This document shows, piece by piece, positions 1-8,047 of a stretch of DNA of 42,274 bases (the stretch's first letter is position 1; each line of letters starts with the position of its first letter). The notes below the pieces were generated by a model. The model was not told the DNA's origin. It did no database searches and saw nothing but the letters and a program-made list of their open reading frames with translations. Made by a program: the position numbers and the translations under genes. The stretch comes from a virus. The stretch is from positions 1-42,274 of IMG/VR virus record IMGVR_UViG_3300045988_124743; one strand, 5' to 3'.

Positions 1-55
1 CCCCCCATTTCCGCTCACTTGAGCGTACTCCATTAAAAAAACCGCATTAATTGCG
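1..55. repeat. 55-bp exact terminal direct repeat, identical to 42220..42274. Most likely the overlap of a circular assembly.
   Basis: Direct comparison: ccccccatttccgctcacttgagcgtactccattaaaaaaaccgcattaattgcg occurs at both contig ends. Joining the ends also reunites a split terL gene and a group I intron. Confidence 0.9.
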
Positions 56-68
56 GTTAGGATAGTCG

Positions 69-677
69 TTAAACTTTTTTTATTTTCATTCCGTTAATAA
101 CACATTCGTTTGATTTAGATAATTTATTTATTAATTTAGTTGATAAATTATATCTCTTTTGTAATTGATATCCGCTTATAAATACTTCACCTGTTGTCTC
201 GTTTATATACTTTCCAGTTAGTTCGATTTCTATAAGCTCTCCAGATTCAACCATTTTATAAACCTTATGCCTTGTAACACCTAAACAATCAGCAGCTTCT
301 CTCATTGATGAAAAACATTGTTTTCCATCTGGTGTAGAAACAGGCTTTCTTATTGAATTGTTTAGATCTTCTTTTTGTTCACCAGTCCATACATTTGCTA
401 TGGTCTTTTTGTGCTTTTCTGTATAAGCGATTTCTTTATCTATTGCATCTTTTTTTGTGCTTGCAGTATCAACGATTGCTATTTCAACATCTTTGAACAA
501 TTCAAGATTGTTTGCAATCATGTATTTATGTATTGGCTGTTGACGTGTTTTATCTCTGAAGCCTCTTCTATGCTCATTGATACGAGCACCGATTGTCCGT
601 GTGCTTCCTACATAAATAATCTTTTGTGTTTTAATTTCTCGAAATAGATATATGTAATAAAATGGTGTTTGTTTCAT
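69..677 (-). CDS. GIY-YIG homing endonuclease (I-TevI-like, with a C-terminal NUMOD/HTH-like DNA-binding region), encoded inside the intron
   Basis: N-terminus FYYIYLFRE...KIIYVGSTRTIGARINEHRRG matches the GIY-(10-11)-YIG plus R and E motifs. The C-terminal part CFSSMREAADCLGVTRHKVYKMV is HTH-like. The ORF sits between the two halves of terL. Confidence 0.85.
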   Translation of the reverse strand: MKQTPFYYIYLFREIKTQKIIYVGSTRTIGARINEHRRGFRDKTRQQPIHKYMIANNLELFKDVEIAIVDTASTKKDAIDKEIAYTEKHKKTIANVWTGEQKEDLNNSIRKPVSTPDGKQCFSSMREAADCLGVTRHKVYKMVESGELIEIELTGKYINETTGEVFISGYQLQKRYNLSTKLINKLSKSNECVINGMKIKKV

Positions 678-818
678 ATCTATATTTTACCATTATATTT
701 CATTCCAAGCAACAAACGAAAATAAAACTTAGCTTTTGATTGCCCTCTCTTTCGAGTAGGGTTTCCCAAAAATTAAAGGGGTTTTCATATAAAATCACTT
801 TTATATGCCGCAAAATCT

Positions 819-1344
819 ACGGGTTGAATGTAATCATCCACTGTTTCCAAAGATAAGGTGGTAACTCACCACGAATTGACTCATCTAGGGTATCAAAGTC
901 TTTTTCGCTCGTTATTTCATAAGCTTCTTCGAGCCATACCCAACATAGAAACCCATAATCTACAGTAATGGATGTTATTTTTAACGGATCATCAAGCCCT
1001 CTAAAGAGAATCTTTTGCCCAGTTGGAAGATATGTTGCCTCCAAAGGCGAATATTTAAATTCCCATAAGTGTTCAACCTCTAATCTTCTTGTCGCCCATT
1101 TTAAATCCGTGAAACACGAATCTTTAAGCGTTCGATAAGTCTTACGCACAACTAATGTATTTGACTTATCATATTTCATCATGTTGTATATGATGCGTAA
1201 TGCAGTTGTTTTTGACTTCTTAGAAGCACGAGAACCTTTGCATGCAGCGTAACGTCCTCTGAAGTTCCAATAAGATTTATATCCTTTCCCTACTATTTTA
1301 GGTAGCTTTATAGATTTAGTCTTCAAGCTCATCCTCTCCTTCAA
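819..1344 (-). CDS. terL: Terminase large subunit, exon 1 (ATPase domain; 175 codons plus 1 nt)
   Basis: Follows and overlaps terS. Has a Walker-A-like CKGSRASKKSKT, a Walker-B-like LCWVWLEEA, and ends in ITFNP. The in-frame stop at 817-819 lies in intron sequence. Confidence 0.8.
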
Positions 1345-1813
1345 ACTTAGGTACTACGATTTCTGTTTGAACTTTGTCTGTAAACAGTGAATATCTTTTT
1401 CCAAGTAATTCCGCAGCCTTATTTGCATCAGAAAGCTTTGCGGGAATCTCGACTATTTGAGGAACTTCTTCTTTGACTGTTTTCTTTCTTGGCTTTCCGT
1501 CTCCTGTATCGACATACTCCGATCGTTCTTTTGTCACTGTAACAACAACAGACTCCTTCATTTCTCGTCGCATTACTTTTGTGAGGTATTCCATGACTTC
1601 TTGAACATCTGCTATCTTTCCCGAACTGACTTTTTCGAGTTGTTCATCAATATAAGCTTTGATGTTAGCTTTTGTTAGCAATTTTGAAGCACATGCCCTT
1701 GCAGCACCATCTGTTTTTACATGTGGATATGCAACTTTATATGCTCTTGTCGCATTCAGATCAATCAAATACTCGTCTACAAATATTTTCTGCTTTTCTG
1801 TCAACTTAGCCAT
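1316..1813 (-). CDS. terS: Terminase small subunit (Terminase_2-type)
   Basis: MAKLTEKQKIFVDEYLIDLNATRAYKVAYPHVKTDGAARACASKLLTKANIKAYIDE is the typical TerS N-terminal HTH signature. RBS aaaggagg. Lies immediately upstream of terL. Confidence 0.85.
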   Translation of the reverse strand: MAKLTEKQKIFVDEYLIDLNATRAYKVAYPHVKTDGAARACASKLLTKANIKAYIDEQLEKVSSGKIADVQEVMEYLTKVMRREMKESVVVTVTKERSEYVDTGDGKPRKKTVKEEVPQIVEIPAKLSDANKAAELLGKRYSLFTDKVQTEIVVPKFEGEDELED

Positions 1814-1853
1814 AGGATTCCTCCTTTCATTATTTTGAAATTAAATATCTGTC

Positions 1854-2195
1854 TTAATGCCCTTTCATTCCTTTTCTTGGTGAGCCAGCTCCTATCACCC
1901 ACAATCGATCCACTTCTTTTGCTATTTGTCTTTTTAGACGACGTTGTTCTGAATCTTTATTAGCTAAATCTCGGCTTGTAAGCTTTTGTACTTTATAACC
2001 CATAGATTTTGCCCTAGAAGCTATATCGGATAAGGTCCTAGGAATTTCCCTACTTCCACTATCAGCAAATGATGCCCCAGAAAAAGAAAATACTTTCTTC
2101 CCTTTTTGCCTATACTCAAATACAGTTCCATCTCCTGTGGTAACAGTTAAACCAACTGTCCCCCCCCGATTTACATATTGTCCTCTTCCACCCAT
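1854..2195 (-). CDS. Hypothetical protein (Gly-rich N-terminus, basic C-terminus), first gene after the terminator
   Basis: Strong RBS aaggagg 7-8 nt upstream of the ATG. No recognisable motif. Confidence 0.5.
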   Translation of the reverse strand: MGGRGQYVNRGGTVGLTVTTGDGTVFEYRQKGKKVFSFSGASFADSGSREIPRTLSDIASRAKSMGYKVQKLTSRDLANKDSEQRRLKRQIAKEVDRLWVIGAGSPRKGMKGH

Positions 2196-2221
2196 AAGTA
2201 AATTTCCTCCTTATTCATGTA

Positions 2222-2253
2222 TAAAAAAAGCACCTTGAATTAACAAGATGCTT
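2222..2253 (-). terminator. Rho-independent terminator immediately upstream of the packaging genes
   Basis: - strand: AAGCATCTTG-ttaatt-CAAGGTGCTT (10-bp stem with one G-U) followed by TTTTTTT. Confidence 0.75.
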
Positions 2254-2295
2254 AGATAGCGTTTAAAATTTAAACTGATATTTTTTAACAAATCG

Positions 2296-2395
2296 AAAAG
2301 GCGCTCCGATTCGAACGGAGGTTTCCTCAGTGCATATCGTTTTGTGATATGCATACATCAAAGTGTAATCACCCCTATACGACTACCTTTTCTTA
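2296..2395 (-). ncRNA. Candidate structured RNA with a tRNA-like T-arm. Not a canonical tRNA.
   Basis: - strand: closing helix GAAAAGG/CCTTTTC, an 8-bp hairpin TGCATATC-ACAAAAC-GATATGCA, and a canonical T-arm CTCCG-TTCGAAT-CGGAG. A possible promoter TTGACC-18-TAAATA lies upstream (2400-2429) and a terminator lies downstream. Confidence 0.3.
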
Positions 2396-2456
2396 TTTTT
2401 ATTTAACCATAAGCGTTTTACACGGTCAACCATCTTTCTTTCAACTGCTTGTTCCT

Positions 2457-3095
2457 CTACCGTCCATGTTTTCTTGCCCTCTCTATTACTTTATTTTTAT
2501 AATAAATAACTTTTGTGCCTTTGAAATCATGTTCAATAGATTGGCCATAAATTAGAATTGCAGTGGGTTTAAGTTTATCAATCATGTAATCTACACCGTC
2601 TTTCCAAATTGATCTTGCATATTCATCCTTGATACATCCAATAGTTGAGATTGCTACAACTCCTCCTGGTTCAATGCCGTCAAAACAGAACGTATATGTT
2701 TCTCTTTCTGCCCAGGAAACTGTTGGAATCACACATATCCCTAAATTTTGAAGATATTGTCCAATAAGTCTGCTTCTATAGATGTTCCATACTTTCATAG
2801 CCCTAGGCATATCCATATAAAGAGAAAAATCAGGTGTTAGAATACAGTCATACTGTTTTAAGATATTTACATATCGTTCCGGAGTGTTCCAAATGCGCTC
2901 AAATTGATAATCATCAATAAACATATGAATTCCTGCTTGATAATTCTTTGAAGAGATAGCTTCATTGAATCCAATCAACTCCTTAGGAATATGAAGTGTC
3001 TTTTTAATTACTGGCATTTCAAATGGACCGTCTGTTTCATATGGATCATATAAATCTAGATTGTATTTTTTGATTGTTATTTCTCTTCCTGGCAT
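2457..3095 (-). CDS. DUF4417-like protein
   Basis: MFIDDYQFERIW...ILTPDFSLYMDMP...NIYRSRLIGQYLQNLGICVIPTVSW resembles the DUF4417 family that is common next to phage terminases. Start chosen at the ATG with RBS aaaggaggtg. Confidence 0.65.
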   Translation of the reverse strand: MPGREITIKKYNLDLYDPYETDGPFEMPVIKKTLHIPKELIGFNEAISSKNYQAGIHMFIDDYQFERIWNTPERYVNILKQYDCILTPDFSLYMDMPRAMKVWNIYRSRLIGQYLQNLGICVIPTVSWAERETYTFCFDGIEPGGVVAISTIGCIKDEYARSIWKDGVDYMIDKLKPTAILIYGQSIEHDFKGTKVIYYKNKVIERARKHGR

Positions 3096-3201
3096 GGAGC
3101 ACCTCCTTTCTTGCATAAAAAAAGCCAAGACCTCTGTCTTGACATAATTCTTATAATACTAGTTTACCACGGAATTCTTGTCCACTAGGGGACAAAATGC
3201 G

Positions 3202-4020
3202 TTATTCGTAATTTTTTACCTCAATAACTGTATAACTGATTGGATCTCCATTCTTTAATCTTACTCGCATTTTCGCATTCAATTTTGATACTAGTGGAAA
3301 GCTAATCTCTTTTTCCTTTACTTTTTTCAAAAAATTCTCATCCTCAATATCTGCATTGATTGTTTTTCCTAGGAATTTAAACTGCCATTTACTGTTTCCT
3401 AATAAATCAGGCTTCCGAACAGTTAGTACTCCTGTAGCTTCTTGTTCGGTGATATCACCATTTAGTGATTCAACATCGATAGGATTCCTAGTTCTCATTA
3501 AATCCTCTTTATCCATTTCAACAGTCTTTACTGTTTTATCATCAGTAACTGCGATAGAAAAGCCTGTCCGCTCACCATCTTCTGAAATAGTTCTTGATAA
3601 TTCTGATAAGCACTTTTCTATTGAGGAATCTCTTGTGTAAAGATTATATGTTCTGTTATCAATATAGGTTACATTACCAACACAAGACTTGACTATAGTA
3701 TTATTCCCTTCATGAATTACTTCTGCAGGCATTTGTCCACCAAGATTTTTCTTCAGCTCAACAATACTATTAAACGATTCTAGGATAGGTGGCATCAATG
3801 GAAATAATACAGTAGCCATTTCAACAATCTGCTCTATCGTTATCATAAAGCTACCTTTTTCGATATTCTTTACTTTAAATTTGCAAAAATCATTTTCGTT
3901 TAGTGACGAATCAGCAATTTTACCTAAAACCGCAACAACACAGTCTAGCGACTTAGATAATGTTTCTATATCAATGTCATTTTCGCCTTTAAACCTTAAT
4001 GTAAGTGTTTCTTTTTTCAT
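3202..4020 (-). CDS. Hypothetical protein (272 aa)
   Basis: Long ORF. Start chosen at MKKETL with RBS aagaggg. No motif recognised. Confidence 0.6.
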   Translation of the reverse strand: MKKETLTLRFKGENDIDIETLSKSLDCVVAVLGKIADSSLNENDFCKFKVKNIEKGSFMITIEQIVEMATVLFPLMPPILESFNSIVELKKNLGGQMPAEVIHEGNNTIVKSCVGNVTYIDNRTYNLYTRDSSIEKCLSELSRTISEDGERTGFSIAVTDDKTVKTVEMDKEDLMRTRNPIDVESLNGDITEQEATGVLTVRKPDLLGNSKWQFKFLGKTINADIEDENFLKKVKEKEISFPLVSKLNAKMRVRLKNGDPISYTVIEVKNYE

Positions 4021-4101
4021 GACATACCCTCTTTTAATCAACATTATTGTACCACCTCTTCTTTTAAACACTAATACCTATATGAACATTATCCACGTCA
4101 A

Positions 4102-4539
4102 TTAAACTAATTTACCAATTTCTCTGCGGATATGTTTGTACATTCCGTTCTTTGTATAACCATATTTTTCCGCTACATCCCATGCAGTCATATTCCAAAA
4201 GTATAGATCAAATAATATATTCTGGTCTCGCAAAGATAAAAGCTCTATCGCTTTACATTCATTCAAACGTCTACGATAATAGTTAATTTCTGCCACCTTT
4301 TGAGATTCTTCCTCCATCATTCCTAAAGGACTTGTATAAGAACCATGAAAGGTCGGCATAGGAGCATCTGATTTCTCCTGCTCCTTTGTCAACCTAATTG
4401 GATTATGACTAAGCCCTAACATTTTATGATTCAGAACTTCAAGTTCTTCGTTCAATTCAATAATTCGATAGCAGCAATAATTAGCCGACTTCAAGTCATT
4501 CAACATTTGATTTACTTTTAATTTGTTCAATTTAACCAC
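4102..4539 (-). CDS. Putative late-gene transcriptional activator (sigma-70 region-4-like HTH; ArpU/RinA/DUF1492-type)
   Basis: The C-terminus LSLRDQNILFDLYFWNMTAWDVAEKYGYTKNGMYKHIRREIGKL looks like a region-4 HTH. Its position upstream of the packaging module is typical for such activators. Confidence 0.5.
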   Translation of the reverse strand: MVKLNKLKVNQMLNDLKSANYCCYRIIELNEELEVLNHKMLGLSHNPIRLTKEQEKSDAPMPTFHGSYTSPLGMMEEESQKVAEINYYRRRLNECKAIELLSLRDQNILFDLYFWNMTAWDVAEKYGYTKNGMYKHIRREIGKLV

Positions 4540-4818
4540 CTACTTCTTCTTTGCGACAACTGACCCTCTATGCCAGGACTCATCCCCACTACGATATCTG
4601 CGTTCATTTGCTCTTTCCTGATGTAGTTTGTATTCTTTCAACCCTAAATTCTCACGCTCTAATTTAGCAATGTAATCAATGACGTGATCCAATTTATTGT
4701 CCAGGTCAAACGATTTGTCTTTCGTTGCATTTCGAACGAAACGAAAGTAATTCAACAATGATTCACATTCATCTTTGATTTCTTTGTTGTGAATATCATA
4801 TTCAGTTAAGCTCATCAC
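4540..4818 (-). CDS. Hypothetical protein
   Basis: ORF in the operon, abutting its neighbours (overlapping ATGA-type junction). Confidence 0.5.
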   Translation of the reverse strand: MMSLTEYDIHNKEIKDECESLLNYFRFVRNATKDKSFDLDNKLDHVIDYIAKLERENLGLKEYKLHQERANERRYRSGDESWHRGSVVAKKK

Positions 4819-5015
4819 TTCGTCTCCTCAAATCCTTCATAAGAACTAGCGTACATACATTTGTATGCTTGTAAGTCCTTCTTTTTTTGTTCTAGTTCAT
4901 ACATTAACTGTTCATTCTGGTGCTCCAGACTGTTGATCCTATCGGACACGATAACGGAATACAGCATCATCGCACCTAACCCTCCGACAAAGAACCCAAT
5001 CATAAAGTAGATCAC
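4815..5015 (-). CDS. Small membrane protein with a coiled coil
   Basis: N-terminal hydrophobic helix IYFMIGFFVGGLGAMMLYSVIV. Overlapping start/stop with its neighbours. Confidence 0.45.
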   Translation of the reverse strand: MIYFMIGFFVGGLGAMMLYSVIVSDRINSLEHQNEQLMYELEQKKKDLQAYKCMYASSYEGFEETK

Positions 5016-5242
5016 CCAACCACCTCACAGTTTCTTAAAATCTCATTGATAGCTACATTAGCTGGAACATTTTTAAAAAATCCTTGTTTCTTCAGGTCCG
5101 ATAAAGCTGCATACCTGCTAATCGACTTATTGCCAGGTTCTCCTTTAAAGGCCCGTAATAAATTGAATTCCTTCCAAGTTATCTTATATAGCGGCCTTTC
5201 ATTTTCTTTTCCAGACGCCGTAAGCCATTCCTGTCGTATCAT
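5012..5242 (-). CDS. Hypothetical protein that shares a C-terminal motif with the upstream gene
   Basis: LSDLKKQGFFKNVPANVAINEILRNCEVVG compares with LRGLKEKGYFKSVDANTPVHEILDNCEVIK in 5239..5754. Confidence 0.5.
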   Translation of the reverse strand: MIRQEWLTASGKENERPLYKITWKEFNLLRAFKGEPGNKSISRYAALSDLKKQGFFKNVPANVAINEILRNCEVVG

Positions 5243-5754
5243 TTGATTACCTCACAATTATCTAAGATTTCGTGAACTGGAGTGTTTGCGTCAACGCTTT
5301 TAAAATATCCTTTTTCTTTCAAACCTCTCAATTGCCTGCAATCACTGAATTTACAAGCTTCATGACACCCATCATATGTGCTGATTAAGTCATATTCGAA
5401 TTGAGATAGTTTGTATGTTGGCTTCTTGTGTGGACTTGCTAACCATTTAAATCTTTCTTTATCGCAATTGCCTTTACCAAAAGTACAAAAACCACACCCT
5501 ACATCACAGCAATCCTTGACTTTTCCGTGCATAAAGCAAAAGTGCCTTCCTATTTTTAACAAATCATTTAAATAATGTTCTGCGTTAGTCTCTGCTTTTT
5601 CTTCAAAACGCTCGTTTATTAATCCAGCTAGAAAATCCAAGTTAGTTTTAAAATTTTCTGTTGCTAGGGCTAAATTAACACTTTTAGCGTAAAAAGCATC
5701 CTTAATATTTTTAACAGCCTTTTCGTATTCTTCTTTTGTTGTCATTAAATCCAC
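5239..5754 (-). CDS. Cys-rich hypothetical protein
   Basis: CFMHGKVKDCCDVGCGFCTFGKGNC cluster. The C-terminal motif is paralogous to that of 5012..5242. Confidence 0.5.
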   Translation of the reverse strand: MDLMTTKEEYEKAVKNIKDAFYAKSVNLALATENFKTNLDFLAGLINERFEEKAETNAEHYLNDLLKIGRHFCFMHGKVKDCCDVGCGFCTFGKGNCDKERFKWLASPHKKPTYKLSQFEYDLISTYDGCHEACKFSDCRQLRGLKEKGYFKSVDANTPVHEILDNCEVIK

Positions 5755-5951
5755 CCCAATTCTTCCCTTTGCGTTTGAATAGCCAGTATCTCTTTGACGC
5801 TTAAAAACTTCGGAAAATATTCCCCTTTTTGGTCAAAGTAATAAGCGTTATAAGTTTTATCATTTAAATCAAACTGTATATAACAGAAACTAGTTCCGTT
5901 AGGCTTTCTATATGAAATAAAACGCTCATTTAGTGTTTTTTTCTTTTTCAT
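5745..5951 (-). CDS. Hypothetical protein
   Basis: ORF in the operon; overlaps the downstream start. Confidence 0.45.
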   Translation of the reverse strand: MKKKKTLNERFISYRKPNGTSFCYIQFDLNDKTYNAYYFDQKGEYFPKFLSVKEILAIQTQREELGWI

Positions 5952-5974
5952 AGCCTAATCTTTTGAACATTCCT

Positions 5975-6367
5975 TTAGCAGTTATTTTCATGTTCTAATT
6001 TTTCCTTTGCTTCTTTATATTCTTTTGCTTTTTCATACAACTGTTTAGCAAGCCTACTTACACGCTCACACCTGTTATCGGTATTTTTAAAATTGATATA
6101 AAGAACATTGATGTATTCGATTAGCCAATCTTTTGTCATTCTTTTTAAGGTGGAATTTGAATACATCTTAAAATGTAATAAGCCAAATGAATTACCATCT
6201 AACGGATGTTCTTCTTCAAAGATGCTTTTATAATCTCTTAACTTTTTATCCATGGCTTTCGCTTTACGTTCAATGTAATCTAGGCAACCCTTGATGCTCT
6301 CATCATCGCCAACCATTGAATCCAAATATTCAATACATTGGCTAATTGTCATTTCATCTTGTTTCAT
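5975..6367 (-). CDS. Hypothetical protein
   Basis: ORF in the operon. Confidence 0.5.
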   Translation of the reverse strand: MKQDEMTISQCIEYLDSMVGDDESIKGCLDYIERKAKAMDKKLRDYKSIFEEEHPLDGNSFGLLHFKMYSNSTLKRMTKDWLIEYINVLYINFKNTDNRCERVSRLAKQLYEKAKEYKEAKEKLEHENNC

Positions 6368-6779
6368 TAACGTTCTCCTTATATGGATTAGGAAAAGGCA
6401 TCCATGCTATAACTTTACAGTTTATGTTTTTCTTCTCGACAGTCCATTCCCCATCACGAGTAAATGCCTCTTTAACAATTACCGTACCGTCATTATATTT
6501 AATTGCTGCAATCACTCTATTTGATGTTGTTCTCCAAAACGCATTGCTCCATTTATCTGTTCCATACGATTTAGCAAAGACACTGTCATGCTCATCTGGA
6601 AGCTTTTCAGAAACAGGAATCCATTCAAATGAATTTGCTTTATTAGCTAAATCTGTTAACAAATCCATAGAATTAAACATTTCTTCCATTGTTGGTAAAT
6701 ATCCATCTTCTCTTTCTTCTCCACACATATGATGCAATACAGCATCTACGACTTTAATAGCTTCTTTATATTTATTCAT
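6354..6779 (-). CDS. DUF551-like protein
   Basis: The pattern WIPVSEKLPDEHD ... KVIAWMPFPNPY matches the DUF551 signature (W-I-x-V-x-x-x-L-P ... W-M-P-x-P). Confidence 0.55.
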   Translation of the reverse strand: MNKYKEAIKVVDAVLHHMCGEEREDGYLPTMEEMFNSMDLLTDLANKANSFEWIPVSEKLPDEHDSVFAKSYGTDKWSNAFWRTTSNRVIAAIKYNDGTVIVKEAFTRDGEWTVEKKNINCKVIAWMPFPNPYKENVNETR

Positions 6780-6869
6780 TTTCTTTCTCCTAAACTCTCA
6801 CGTAAATCGTCAGTATCTGTATGTAATCAAAAATAATCATTTTTGAGACTTCTCATTTTTTATTGATTA

Positions 6870-7013
6870 TCAAAATGGTAGTCTGACATTTTCCACTAAG
6901 ATGTATTCGATCATATTGCCAATTTGAGCTGCAAATTTAACTTCATATCCTTCCTCAAGTGCTTTACTAAGAGCTTCATAGTTGTCAGGATATGTTCTTA
7001 CTACAATTTGCAT
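6870..7013 (-). CDS. Small hypothetical protein (47 aa)
   Basis: Start chosen at MQIVV with strong RBS aaaggagg. The longer ORF in the track would overlap the ssb 3' end. Confidence 0.4.
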   Translation of the reverse strand: MQIVVRTYPDNYEALSKALEEGYEVKFAAQIGNMIEYILVENVRLPF

Positions 7014-7047
7014 TTTCAATCCTCCTTTAAAACTTCGCCATTCTTCA

Positions 7048-7557
7048 TCAGAAAGGCAAATCATCCGATGCAATCTCAAGAGCATCAACTTCAGCTTGTT
7101 GAGTCAAGCTTTGCGCATATTGCGCATTCGATTGATTGTGATTCCTTGTCTGAGCTCCATACGATTGATTCTGAGCGTAATTTTGAGTGCCATAGGTATT
7201 TGTAACCCCTAGAGTGTTTTGCTCGTTAAAATCATTTCTAGGTGTCAAAAACTGCACGTTCTCTGCGATGACTTTTGTGACATAGAATTTCTGTCCTTGC
7301 TGGTTGTCGTATGAGCGTGTATTGATTCGGCCTTCGATGCCTAGCTGATTGCCTTTCTTCTGGTACAGTTGGATGTTGTCGGCCAGTTTGTTCCATGCAA
7401 CGCAGTTGATGAAATCAGCATCTTGTGTTCCGTCCTGGTTCTGTCTTCGATTGACTGCCAAGGTAAACGAACATACACTTGTTCCGCTCTGCGTCTTTCT
7501 GAGTTCTGGATCACGTGTCAATCGGCCAATCAGAACCACTCTGTTGATATCCTGCAT
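7048..7557 (-). CDS. ssb: Single-stranded DNA-binding protein
   Basis: NRVVLIGRLTRDPELRKTQSGTSVCSFTLAVNR OB-fold signature, a Gln/Asn-rich linker and the acidic tip DDLPF. Confidence 0.9.
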   Translation of the reverse strand: MQDINRVVLIGRLTRDPELRKTQSGTSVCSFTLAVNRRQNQDGTQDADFINCVAWNKLADNIQLYQKKGNQLGIEGRINTRSYDNQQGQKFYVTKVIAENVQFLTPRNDFNEQNTLGVTNTYGTQNYAQNQSYGAQTRNHNQSNAQYAQSLTQQAEVDALEIASDDLPF

Positions 7558-7561
7558 AGGC

Positions 7562-8047
7562 TCACGCTTTCAATCCGCAATCATTCGCGATTGACTGCAT
7601 GGATTTGGCCATCAACTCACGCATCTTTTTCGTGTCTGCAGTAACCAAGTCGACCAGGTCGTTGAATTCCGCCATGTTGATCGTGCTCTTGAAAGCTTGA
7701 TACTTCTCAACAAGTGTCGGCTCGACATCTGGTTCTTCTTCCTGGATGGATTCAACCGCCTTAGGTTCTTCTGGTTTCTGCTTAGGTTCTGCATTGACTA
7801 CGACCTCCGTTTTTTCTTCGACTTGCTTTTTGGCAGCGGGTCTTCCACGTTGCTTTGCCACTTTCTCGATGATATCCGCTTCACGAATGTTCATTCCGTT
7901 GATTCGGTATGGTGCTACGTTGTCTGTATCGTCAACGTATGCGATAAGTCCTTCTCTGTCCACTCCTGCACAGTGATAAACGACTTTATCACCAGGAGCG
8001 TATTTGAGTTCTTGTTTTTCGGTTTGTTTTTTAGTTTTCATTTTCAC
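7562..8047 (-). CDS. Hypothetical protein (Lys/Glu-rich middle)
   Basis: ORF in the operon between the replisome organizer and ssb. Confidence 0.5.
   Translation of the reverse strand: MKMKTKKQTEKQELKYAPGDKVVYHCAGVDREGLIAYVDDTDNVAPYRINGMNIREADIIEKVAKQRGRPAAKKQVEEKTEVVVNAEPKQKPEEPKAVESIQEEEPDVEPTLVEKYQAFKSTINMAEFNDLVDLVTADTKKMRELMAKSMQSIANDCGLKA

Larger units (their letters stand above)
1..818 (-). mobile_element. Group I intron, 5' part (P1, P2, GNRA hairpin and the homing-endonuclease ORF). It continues across the circular junction into 42122..42219.
   Basis: - strand: 5' exon ...AACCCGU|AGAUUUUGCGG forms P1 (CCGU/GCGG) with a U-G wobble at the splice site. There is an 8-bp hairpin CATATAAA-agtga-TTTTATATG and a CCCTACTC-GAAA-GAGAGGG hairpin with a GNRA loop. 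GACTAT (67..62) can pair with ATAGTC in the 3' part. Confidence 0.75.

Noticed and set aside
1-55. The 55-bp terminal repeat as a biological direct terminal repeat or cos region.
   Set aside because: The repeat lies in the middle of the terL intron, in functionally continuous sequence, and its length is typical of an assembler k-mer overlap. A circular-assembly artefact is more likely.
375-1963. + strand ORFs 375..647, 1457..1678 and 1721..1963 opposite the HEG, terL and terS genes.
   Set aside because: They are Phe/Leu/Cys/Ser-rich translations typical of the antisense frame of AT-rich genes. They have no RBS and overlap well-supported genes.
2296-2395. Possible tRNA gene on the - strand (perfect T-arm CTCCG-TTCGAAT-CGGAG, a D-loop-like TAGGGGTGAT, and a 7-bp closing helix).
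   Set aside because: I could not fold a cloverleaf. There are 2 extra nt between the T-stem and the acceptor strand and too many bases around the D-arm. The 'anticodon' arm has an 8-bp stem with loop ACAAAAC (no U33). There is no CCA or plausible discriminator context. It is kept only as a low-confidence structured-RNA candidate.
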